64,000 nucleotides of DNA from a virus. Under the pieces are notes generated by a model that was not told where the DNA came from, searched no databases, and saw only the letters and a program-made list of their open reading frames with translations. The DNA is taken from positions 1-64,000 of IMG/VR virus record IMGVR_UViG_3300037340_000044; one strand, 5' to 3'. Numbering within the stretch: position 1 is the stretch's first letter; every line of letters starts with the position of its first letter. Shown in pieces: positions 56,074 through 64,000 of the stretch. Position numbers and translations under genes: made by a program.

Positions 56074-56408
56074 ACCGTCGCAGCTTTCTCGGTATGCTGG
56101 CAGCCGTGGCCAGCGCACTAGGATTCGGCAAACTTGCGGACGCTAAGCCGAAGGCGGTTCCGCATATCCTGAAATTCTGGTACTACGAGCAGGGCAACAA
56201 CGCAAGTAAGACTGCAATATTGCAGGCCGCGAAAGACCAGTCCGACAAGGTGAACATCGCGGTTCCCTACGATCCGAACAACCCGAACCGGCGGACATTT
56301 GATGAACGGAGCAAGCGTCTGGAAGCGATCGTTAAAGAATGGGAATTCTTTAAGGCAAATGGCAGACCTCCGATCGATCCTGACGATTACGCCTGGGAAA
56401 GCATCTAA
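56070..56408 (+). CDS. Tat-signal-like chimeric mini-protein carrying a ~39-aa portal fragment
   Basis: MNRRSFLGMLAAVASA; 56176-56292 matches 38727-38843 at 110/117 nt. Confidence 0.85.
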   Translation: MNRRSFLGMLAAVASALGFGKLADAKPKAVPHILKFWYYEQGNNASKTAILQAAKDQSDKVNIAVPYDPNNPNRRTFDERSKRLEAIVKEWEFFKANGRPPIDPDDYAWESI

Positions 56409-56420
56409 CGGAGCTATCGT

Positions 56421-57236
56421 GTGTTCTCTTACGCCGGCGTATTGCTCAGCGATCCGATGAACGTCGCGCAAGCCGGCGAGAAGGATGACGCCGAGGGTGA
56501 GCATAACCGCATCCAGAAGTGGATCGAAGAGAACATCCGTCCCGAAGAACTCTTCCCGCTCACGTCGCTCGTGTGGCCCGGCTCGCTCACGAACGGCCCC
56601 ATAATGACGGTCACGCCGCAAATGCAGCGGCCGATACGCATCGGCACGTGCTGGTGGCCGTTCGGGGCCGCCCGCTTCGCACGCGCTCACTACGTCGTCA
56701 GCGAATCGCAGTTAATCGCCATTCGCAAGGTCGTCCAGAAGCCAGCGGGCACGATCCAGACCGGCATCCTCTCGCTTGCGGACGCCACGCGAACGATTAA
56801 CATGCCGATGTGGATGGTCCCAGCGTGGCCACTCGCGCAGGCGGCTCCCGGTGCCCACGGGTGGCTGCTGACGCTTGTGGACGATCGCTACTGGTGGCAG
56901 AATGAGACATGCACGCTGACGGTGAATCCGGGCGTGACACAGTGGACGGACCTGTACGCGCAGATCGGAACCGCTCTTGGCATCACGATCAAGGCTGACC
57001 CGGTGGCAGCGGCTTACGGCACGCCATCCGTGTTCTACGATGGAGAGTATTCGTCACTGCCCATGCTGCTGGACACCGTGGCGCTTTCGTGTGGGCAGCG
57101 GTGCACGCGGAACTGGGCCACGGGGCAGGTCTACATGCAAAACGCGCTGATGGCAATCGCATCCGTGACGGCACAGTACGCGACGACGGCACCTCCGTAT
57201 GCTGGAGGGCGGCTTACGCTGTTGCCGAATCAATAG
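56421..57236 (+). CDS. Baseplate/hub-like protein, N-terminal part
   Basis: WWP.GA.RF, LLTLVDDRYWWQ, LLD.VA..CGQR; tail-operon position. Confidence 0.6.
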   Translation: MFSYAGVLLSDPMNVAQAGEKDDAEGEHNRIQKWIEENIRPEELFPLTSLVWPGSLTNGPIMTVTPQMQRPIRIGTCWWPFGAARFARAHYVVSESQLIAIRKVVQKPAGTIQTGILSLADATRTINMPMWMVPAWPLAQAAPGAHGWLLTLVDDRYWWQNETCTLTVNPGVTQWTDLYAQIGTALGITIKADPVAAAYGTPSVFYDGEYSSLPMLLDTVALSCGQRCTRNWATGQVYMQNALMAIASVTAQYATTAPPYAGGRLTLLPNQ

Positions 57237-57240
57237 GAGG

Positions 57241-57396
57241 ATGGGAATGAGAAATAAAAGTGTTGGCCAAGGACAACAAGACTGCCCGCATTGCGGCGAA
57301 GTGCATTTCGGCCAGAGGTACGAAAAACTGGCCCGCCATCGAAAGAAATCGCATGGCGGGCCAGGCACTTTCAGCTGGAGTATTATACACATTTGA
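57241..57396 (+). CDS. Small Zn-finger ORF
   Basis: AGGAGG RBS; CPHCG...H..SH. Confidence 0.5.
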   Translation: MGMRNKSVGQGQQDCPHCGEVHFGQRYEKLARHRKKSHGGPGTFSWSIIHI

Positions 57397-57443
57397 CACC
57401 GCGTTCGTCCAGCCAACATCGAAGCGAAGCATAAAAAACGTCA

Positions 57444-59354
57444 ATGAACGATCTCGCTGCCCTAGTTCCGGGTACAATTTCGATCGTCTTTCCAAACGGT
57501 GGCGACGGCAGCGGCCCCGCGTCCGGCTTCTACGAAGCCACGGTCACGCTCGCGAGCCTCAACCTGCCGCAGTACGCCGGCATCACGGGTGCTCCGTGGT
57601 CGAATACGCTGAACCGCTACGAGTTGGCCGTCTACGCCAGCGGCACGCTCACGAATCAATCTGCAATATTGCAACTTGCTCAGCAGGCAGCGACCGACTG
57701 GTATCTCTGGCAGCTTGCGCGATTGGATCAGCAGTACCTCGGCTATCAGGCGTGGACGCCGGAAGGCTTGCACGATATCGAGTGGCGGCAAGCCGACTGC
57801 ACGATCACCACGCGCATCATGCGCGGCGTGTTCGATCCGCTGGAAGACTTGCTTTTTCAGGCGCAGGCCGAAGATTCACCGTGCCCCGAGTGGCGCGACC
57901 AGTGCGACGACGGCTTCATCAACCGGTACAAGTCGATCGACTGCGGCCAGAATTGGGACTTCGATCAATTCATCGCCGGGCCGTTCTTCCGCGACGAGTG
58001 CTACCTTGGCGTGCTGTACCGCTACGTCTCGGCCGACTGCGGTCTGAACTACGTTTTCCATAACTACTTGGCCGGCCCGTTCTACGCCGACAAGTGCGAC
58101 ATAGGCGGCGTCATTAACCGCTATGTCAGCACGGATTGCGGGTTGAACTACGTTTATGATTCTTACGTTGCCGGCCCATTTTACCGAGACACATGCGACG
58201 CTGGCGGCATCCTGAACCGCTACAAGTCGGCGGACTGCGGGGCAACGTATGGCTCCATCGTCGCTTACCTGGGTGGACCGTTCTACCGCGACCAGTGCGA
58301 CAATGGCACACTGAACAGGTATAAGTCGCCAGACTGTGGAAAATCGTATCAGTACGACATAACGCTTGCCAAGCCGCTCCTCACCTTTCAGACAGATACC
58401 TACTGCGCTAACGATGGTTTTTGGCACAATCGTCAGCGACTGGTTATCACAGGAGGATGCACTGGACAGATCGGGCCGTGGATAGACACCTATACGTCGT
58501 GTTCGCCATGCACGTGCCCGAGTAGTTCATCCATATCCAGTTCGCAAGGTTGCAGCGCGCCGTTGCCATGCTGCCCAATTCCGTTCCCGTGCGTTCTGTG
58601 CATCACAGTCGCCGATATGTATTCGACAGCATTCACGACCTACATGGCGACTTATGATCCAACCACAGGAATGTTTACGGCAGTTGTAGGATCGTGTGTG
58701 CTATTCTTTGGCTGCGCCCCAACGTCATCGGGTCACCTATTCCAACTGCTCGTATACACACTTCCTTTTACCGTTGATGTTTATTACGCAGTATACGATA
58801 ATTGCACACTTAAGTATCCGTTCTACGCTGAGTTCTTGAATGTGCTGACGTTTTTCTGTGGCCCAAAATTTCCGCAACAGTACGCGGCGGTTTACGTGTC
58901 GCCGTGGCCTTGCCAAACTTTCGGATCGTCGTCAAGCATATCGGGAAGCCAAAGCCTGTCTATTTCGCAATCGACGTGTCTCGGCAACCTGCTGTGCGGC
59001 ACACTGACGCAGCCTGGCACTATCGATGTTGACTGTTGCCCAGGCGTGCCGTTGCCAAAGACGCTCAAAGCGAAATTCGGCGGCGCGTTGTCCGTTCTCG
59101 GCACCGTGCTGCTGACATGGAACGGGTTCCATTGGGATACGTTGCTTTTCAACGTGTGCAACGAGAGCGATCTGGTCATCTACCTGCAATGCGACAATGC
59201 AGACGGCGATTTCATCCTAAACCTGTTTGAACTCGACATACAGGCGACAGGAATCACAGTAAGCTGCACGCCGACGCTTGAGATTGACTTTAGCTTCGTA
59301 TCCAGCGGCGAAGGCTGCACCGGGGCCGCAACTTGCGTGGTGACCCCAGCATGA
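57444..59354 (+). CDS. Cys-rich tail protein with five ~32-aa Asp-box-like repeats and Ser-rich linkers
   Basis: RD.CD.G..NRY.S.DCG..Y......AGPFY x5; SSSSISSSQ; CC-P-P..L modules. Confidence 0.78.
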   Translation: MNDLAALVPGTISIVFPNGGDGSGPASGFYEATVTLASLNLPQYAGITGAPWSNTLNRYELAVYASGTLTNQSAILQLAQQAATDWYLWQLARLDQQYLGYQAWTPEGLHDIEWRQADCTITTRIMRGVFDPLEDLLFQAQAEDSPCPEWRDQCDDGFINRYKSIDCGQNWDFDQFIAGPFFRDECYLGVLYRYVSADCGLNYVFHNYLAGPFYADKCDIGGVINRYVSTDCGLNYVYDSYVAGPFYRDTCDAGGILNRYKSADCGATYGSIVAYLGGPFYRDQCDNGTLNRYKSPDCGKSYQYDITLAKPLLTFQTDTYCANDGFWHNRQRLVITGGCTGQIGPWIDTYTSCSPCTCPSSSSISSSQGCSAPLPCCPIPFPCVLCITVADMYSTAFTTYMATYDPTTGMFTAVVGSCVLFFGCAPTSSGHLFQLLVYTLPFTVDVYYAVYDNCTLKYPFYAEFLNVLTFFCGPKFPQQYAAVYVSPWPCQTFGSSSSISGSQSLSISQSTCLGNLLCGTLTQPGTIDVDCCPGVPLPKTLKAKFGGALSVLGTVLLTWNGFHWDTLLFNVCNESDLVIYLQCDNADGDFILNLFELDIQATGITVSCTPTLEIDFSFVSSGEGCTGAATCVVTPA

Positions 59355-60025
59355 TTTGTTTCACACTCATCAACGGTATCTACTACGGCACGGCGACGGT
59401 CAACGGGGTATCGTATGCGCTGACGATCCAGTGCAGCACGGCACCGAACCTGTCGTGCCTGTTGACGGTGGTCAGCACGGGCCAACAGGTTTACTCCGAT
59501 GCCAGCTCAACGTGTCAGCAGTTGGTGTTCCTCAATGTCGTTCTGGGTGGCGTGACGTACAATCTGGCGGCGGACAACAACGGACTGTGCTGCGGATCGT
59601 CCAGCCGCAGCAGCATCTCACAGTCGAGCATCTCGCAGTCGAGCCAATCGTCGCAATCAGTTGCGCCAGTTAGTAATAATTGCTGTCCAGGAGGACTGCC
59701 GAACATTCTGCATTGCACAACGAGTCTTGATGGCACCGTGACGTTGATTTACGATGGATCGCAGTATTGGGCGAGTAGCGATTTTGCTTCAACGTGCGGA
59801 TCAGATATACGTTTGCGGTTTAGTTGCCCCGGAGTGTCAGGATGCGGCGGATTCAATCTAGAGGGCAGTTGCGATCATGGCGTAACATGGTGGAGTTTCC
59901 TGAATAGTGGTGGCTGCCACTGTCCTCCGGCGTTCAGCGTTCCTTTCTATGCCACGGGGATTCCGTTATTGCATAATTGCGGGACGTGCGAAGGCGTATC
60001 GGCTACAGCCACGGTGACGTTATGA
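59351..60025 (+). CDS. Cys/Ser-rich virion protein
   Basis: ATGA overlap; SSSRSSISQSSISQSSQSSQS; CCPGGLPNILH module. Confidence 0.7.
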   Translation: MICFTLINGIYYGTATVNGVSYALTIQCSTAPNLSCLLTVVSTGQQVYSDASSTCQQLVFLNVVLGGVTYNLAADNNGLCCGSSSRSSISQSSISQSSQSSQSVAPVSNNCCPGGLPNILHCTTSLDGTVTLIYDGSQYWASSDFASTCGSDIRLRFSCPGVSGCGGFNLEGSCDHGVTWWSFLNSGGCHCPPAFSVPFYATGIPLLHNCGTCEGVSATATVTL

Positions 60026-60369
60026 TGCCAGAACACGGCCAATGTGCGGGGGCGCGGACCGGGGTGCCTTACGACCTATCGCAGTGCCGTATACACTGGC
60101 TGGCATTCAACGACGCTAGCTATGTGAAGTTGTGGGGTGACAACGCGCCAGCACCCAAGCCTATGGAAGAATGGCCGCTGTTGGCCCGCATGGTTGCCAA
60201 GCTGAGGAAGCCTGAGGACGCTGGCCTCGGTGACACAGTGGCCAACAATCTCGGGCGCTTCGGTGCGGATGCGTGGAAGGTGATGTACAAGCGGCTGACG
60301 GGAGCAGATTGCGGGTGTGCGGCTCGGCAGCAGATTCTGAACGGGATGTTTCCGTATGGGGGTGCGTGA
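60022..60369 (+). CDS. Phage protein (GLGDTV...DCGC..RQ..LN..FPY family)
   Basis: Motif recognised. Confidence 0.75.
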   Translation: MMPEHGQCAGARTGVPYDLSQCRIHWLAFNDASYVKLWGDNAPAPKPMEEWPLLARMVAKLRKPEDAGLGDTVANNLGRFGADAWKVMYKRLTGADCGCAARQQILNGMFPYGGA

Positions 60370-60587
60370 TGGACGGACCGACGTGCAGCGGCATTGTGTA
60401 CCGCACGCTACAATTCACCGATGGAACAGCGATGGAGATACCGGACGGACTCGATACATACTTTCCGTCAAAGGGGCCGCGTGGACTGATTTCCGTATTC
60501 AGCAAACACGGATCACACACTTACGATATTCAAGTAGGCGAGACAAAGAGCGAACTGGAAAGAATAATTCGGTTGTTCTCGACATGA
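60369..60587 (+). CDS. Hypothetical protein
   Basis: TGATG and ATGA overlaps. Confidence 0.55.
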   Translation: MDGPTCSGIVYRTLQFTDGTAMEIPDGLDTYFPSKGPRGLISVFSKHGSHTYDIQVGETKSELERIIRLFST

Positions 60588-62647
60588 AAGACATGAAAGA
60601 CTTATTCGACCGCGTGGTCGTCATCAACCTCGCTCGCCGCGCCGACCGGCTGGCGTCGTTCCGTACGCAGCTCGCCGAGCACGGCTGGCCGTTCCGCGAG
60701 CCAGAAGTGTTTCGCGCCATCGACGGCAATGCAGTGCCTGTGCCGATAGGGTGGCAAATGGGCGGCGGAACCCACGGGTGTATGCGCTCGCACCAACAAG
60801 TTCTTGAGCAAGCGATCATGGACAACGTAAATGCGTTGCTCGTGCTGGAGGATGACCTGTGCATGCGCAGCAGCTTCGTGCAAGAGGCGGAAGCGTTCTT
60901 CGCCGCTGTTCCCGACGACTGGCAGCAGCTTATGCTGGGAGGCCAGCACATTGGACGCGCGAGCCCGGTCAAGGCTGGCGTCGTGCGCTGCACCAACACG
61001 CAGCGCACGCACGCCTACGCGGTTCGTGGCAAGTTCATGCGCGACCTGTATGCGACGTGGTGCAGCGGTTCGTCGCAAACGCACTGCGATCACATTATGG
61101 GGCCGCTGCAAGCCGGCTACAATGTCTACGCCCCCGATCCGTTCCTGTTTGGGCAGGCCCGCTCGCAGAGCGACATCAGCGGCGACCACAACCCGGCCAA
61201 GTTCTGGGTCACGCCATCCGGCAGTGAGCCGGCGTTGCTGCTGACATGCTCGCGGGAAGTCGTTGCGGGCTTGCGGTTGCACGGCGTCCACACCGGCTAC
61301 CAGCGTTGTCCGGCAACCGACATCGACGTTGGCTTGCAGGCGGCCTACGCTCCGTTCGACGAGCACAAGTTGCGGAAGTGGATGCACGACCTGCAATCGG
61401 AAGTCATCAGCGAGGACGGGATGGTTCTCGGGGTCTGGCATCCGCAAGCGACGCTAGCACAGATTCAGCGAGCATGGACGGGGCAAGTCGTGGAAATCAC
61501 TGGACCGACTCTTGAGGACGCTCGCCGGCAGATACGGGAGATTGCCAACGTGCCGAAGTTCAAGCCGCTGGCGTCCACTGGCCACGTCATCGTCCTGGAC
61601 GCCGACCGGAACACTGTGGCGCAACTCCGGGCGCAGGGCTGGCATACAGGCAACTGGCGAGACCCGATTACGGACTTGGACAACGGGCTACGGCAATGGG
61701 CTCAGCAACGGGAACCGGAACTGCTGCGAACCGTCGTTTCGACGCTGGTGAGCGAGGCGGCGACGATGCGCGGCGGCGTGGCGTGCGTCTGGCATCCGGG
61801 AGCGACAGCAGAAGCAGTCGGCGAGGTGACGGCACTTCGCGTCGTGCCGATCAAAGCGGCGTCGGCGCAGGACGCTTTGAAGCAATGGCGAGACGTGGAT
61901 AAGGACATTCCGAAGCCTGAGAAACTTGCCGTGTTCTGGCACATTGCCTGTATGGGCAATTGGGAAGAAGTCGTCTGGGAGCAAGCCGGCCTGTTGAAAC
62001 ACGTCAGCCTTTTTGACGTGTCGGCGTGCATTCTCGGTACGCGGGAACAGGCTGCGTTTTGCAAGGACGTGGCCGAGATGAATGGTATCAATCTCGCCGT
62101 GTTGGATAATTCTGCAAATTTGCAGAATTATGAAATCCCGACGCTCGCCAAGGTTCGAGAGTGGGCCGTCGCGAATCCAACCGGGACCGTCCTGTACCTG
62201 CACACCAAAGGCGTCAGCACACCGAAAGATCATCCCGAGTTCTCCAACAAGGTCCAGTGGCGTCGAGTTATGCAGGCGAGTGTTGTCGCCAAGTGGCGAG
62301 AGCATCTTGAGGCACTAGAGACGCACGACGTTGTTGGCTTCGGATGGCGTGCTAAAGAAAGAGGCCATTTCTCTGGCAACTTCTGGATGGCTAGAGCGGA
62401 CTGGCTTCCTAAGCTGCCGATGCTCGATGAATGGCAGCAAAGGCTCGCTGGCACGTTTCTAGCTGGGCATCCTTGGGAGCGCATGTGCGCAGAAATGTGG
62501 ATAGGCGCAAATAGAGACAATGCTGATGTCTGCCGGGCTAAGTCGCTTGGCGGTGAGAGCGGCTGCTTCTGGCAAGGCGACGACATATTCAAATACCCGA
62601 CTGAGATTGCCGGTTTCAAGTACGAAGCCAATCTGGAGGCCGCATGA
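60584..62647 (+). CDS. Multidomain glycosyltransferase: GT25, two repeated domains and an LYLHTKG domain
   Basis: [36 protein letters not shown]; G.HTG..R...TD.D.GL x2; [16 protein letters not shown]. Confidence 0.88.
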   Translation: MKDMKDLFDRVVVINLARRADRLASFRTQLAEHGWPFREPEVFRAIDGNAVPVPIGWQMGGGTHGCMRSHQQVLEQAIMDNVNALLVLEDDLCMRSSFVQEAEAFFAAVPDDWQQLMLGGQHIGRASPVKAGVVRCTNTQRTHAYAVRGKFMRDLYATWCSGSSQTHCDHIMGPLQAGYNVYAPDPFLFGQARSQSDISGDHNPAKFWVTPSGSEPALLLTCSREVVAGLRLHGVHTGYQRCPATDIDVGLQAAYAPFDEHKLRKWMHDLQSEVISEDGMVLGVWHPQATLAQIQRAWTGQVVEITGPTLEDARRQIREIANVPKFKPLASTGHVIVLDADRNTVAQLRAQGWHTGNWRDPITDLDNGLRQWAQQREPELLRTVVSTLVSEAATMRGGVACVWHPGATAEAVGEVTALRVVPIKAASAQDALKQWRDVDKDIPKPEKLAVFWHIACMGNWEEVVWEQAGLLKHVSLFDVSACILGTREQAAFCKDVAEMNGINLAVLDNSANLQNYEIPTLAKVREWAVANPTGTVLYLHTKGVSTPKDHPEFSNKVQWRRVMQASVVAKWREHLEALETHDVVGFGWRAKERGHFSGNFWMARADWLPKLPMLDEWQQRLAGTFLAGHPWERMCAEMWIGANRDNADVCRAKSLGGESGCFWQGDDIFKYPTEIAGFKYEANLEAA

Positions 62648-63924
62648 CGCCGCATGTCGTCTATCACGCCGCCGCGATGGGTAATTGGCGGCACGTCGTT
62701 ATCGAGCAATTTGGCGAACTTGTTCGCGCCGGCTTGACCGATGTGCGGATTTCTCATGTCGGCATAGACCGTGATTGGCTTATGGATGAAGCGGCACGAC
62801 AAGGCATTACAGCTACGCTTTTTGCATCCGATATAAACACGGACCATTACGAAACTTTCGCGATGTTTGAGATAGAGAGGCTTGCTAAGGAAAGCGATCG
62901 GCCGATTCTCTATCTGCACACCAAAGGTGTCAGTGACGCCGGCAATCACACCAAGCAGCTTTGGCGGTGGTTAATGAATCGGCACGTCGTCGCGAAGTGG
63001 CGAGATAACATGCCGTTCCTGGACAATTACGATGCGGTCGGGGTTAATTTTGTTTGGCGAGACGACGGCCTTTCTCATTTTGCAGGGAACTTCTGGCTGG
63101 CGAACGCAGACTATATCCGGACGCTGCCAAGGTTCGCCGATTTTCACAACCATCACAACCGCATCAGATTTACATGCGAATGGTGGATTGGATCTGTGCA
63201 GCAAAAGAAGATGAAATCCTTGGTGGTGGAAAATGAAAACTGGGGAGATGTGCATGGCCCGCATTTTGAACGCTGGGCTACCGAGATTTCCCCGCCGACA
63301 ATTACATGGGTATCGGCAGCAACCCGCCAGTACCGAAGCGATTTGGCAAGATTGATGGCATCCACGGCCGTCATGGGTCCGGGGCATGCGTTTCGTCTTG
63401 AGTGCCTTGACGACTCGTTCCCAGTCATGCGCGGTAACTGGCGAAGGCCAATCCTTAAAGCAGCAGCAGCTACTTGTCAGACGACCCACCTGTTCTGGAT
63501 CGACGCCGACTGCGAATTTCTGGCAGACTTGCAGACGCCTGATTTGACCGGCAAGCCCATGACAGTGGTGAAGCATTTTGGCAGCAATGACGTGCGCACA
63601 TTCATGCCGCAACGCCTACGCGATCGCATCACCTGGAAGACCAAACCAGGTTCATGGCAGGGATGTTTGCACGGCGGCACCGTTGCGGCGATGATGGCCC
63701 ATCTTGACCGTTTACAATGGATGGATGCGGCCGGCGAGACCTACGACGAGTATGGCATGGTACTTGACTGGAGCGAACACGCCGACGATGTGCTGACGCT
63801 GCCATGCCGGTATGCGGCCCCATCCACGTTTGCACCGTTCCCCGAATACGAGCGTACCTACAATGAGTGGGCTGGCGGCGCACCGTTGGTGCGGCACCAT
63901 AACCGGGCACGCAATCGAGGTTGA
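62644..63924 (+). CDS. LYLHTKG domain plus GT6-like glycosyltransferase
   Basis: [16 protein letters not shown]; AT.QY, LFWIDAD, QGCLHGG, YDE. Confidence 0.8.
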   Translation: MTPHVVYHAAAMGNWRHVVIEQFGELVRAGLTDVRISHVGIDRDWLMDEAARQGITATLFASDINTDHYETFAMFEIERLAKESDRPILYLHTKGVSDAGNHTKQLWRWLMNRHVVAKWRDNMPFLDNYDAVGVNFVWRDDGLSHFAGNFWLANADYIRTLPRFADFHNHHNRIRFTCEWWIGSVQQKKMKSLVVENENWGDVHGPHFERWATEISPPTITWVSAATRQYRSDLARLMASTAVMGPGHAFRLECLDDSFPVMRGNWRRPILKAAAATCQTTHLFWIDADCEFLADLQTPDLTGKPMTVVKHFGSNDVRTFMPQRLRDRITWKTKPGSWQGCLHGGTVAAMMAHLDRLQWMDAAGETYDEYGMVLDWSEHADDVLTLPCRYAAPSTFAPFPEYERTYNEWAGGAPLVRHHNRARNRG

Positions 63925-63925
63925 C

Positions 63926-64000
63926 ATGCCAAACTTCCTGTTCCTTCGCGGCTGCCCCGGCTCTGGCAAGATTACGGTTGGCCGCTTGCTCCAGCGTGAC
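63926..64000 (+). CDS. P-loop kinase, 3'-truncated by the window edge
   Basis: MPNFLFLRGCPGSGKITVGRLL. Confidence 0.75.
   Translation, partial: MPNFLFLRGCPGSGKITVGRLLQRD

Noticed and set aside
56176-56292. Diversity-generating retroelement TR/VR pair
   Set aside because: Mismatches are not confined to adenines of one copy, are mostly synonymous, and no reverse transcriptase is in the window

Overview
The whole window reads as a GC-rich tailed-phage (Caudoviricetes) genome segment, almost entirely on the + strand and cut mid-gene at both ends. Layout: replication/recombination and many small Zn-finger ORFs (0-12.9 kb: Gp157, LexA-like DNA-binding domain, ParB-like, SF2 helicase, HNH-like, RusA); virion fibre-like genes (13-17.5 kb); an early-type region bounded by two unusual non-coding tracts (17.7-24.2 kb, with a TerS-like gene); TerL; a ~10 kb block of GroES, methyltransferases, glycosyltransferases and a radical SAM enzyme; portal, scaffold/protease, capsid and tail genes; Cys/Ser-rich tail proteins; and more glycosyltransferases. 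I saw no integrase, DNA polymerase, CRISPR array, rRNA or intact tRNA. Best candidate for a new system: the portal ORF carries an in-frame sigma-70-family (sigma2+sigma4) domain between putative protease sites, and the early region carries four TGCAAC-N16-CGTAT ECF-type promoters. Together these suggest a sigma factor packaged in the virion that starts early transcription. Other notable signals: a dispersed 16-bp palindrome with one copy inside the ParB-like gene, Tat-signal mini-ORFs built from copied fragments of portal/tail genes, a terminated leader RNA antisense to two mRNA 5' ends, and a J-domain protein in the tape-measure slot. All product calls come from motif recognition by eye, not database searches.
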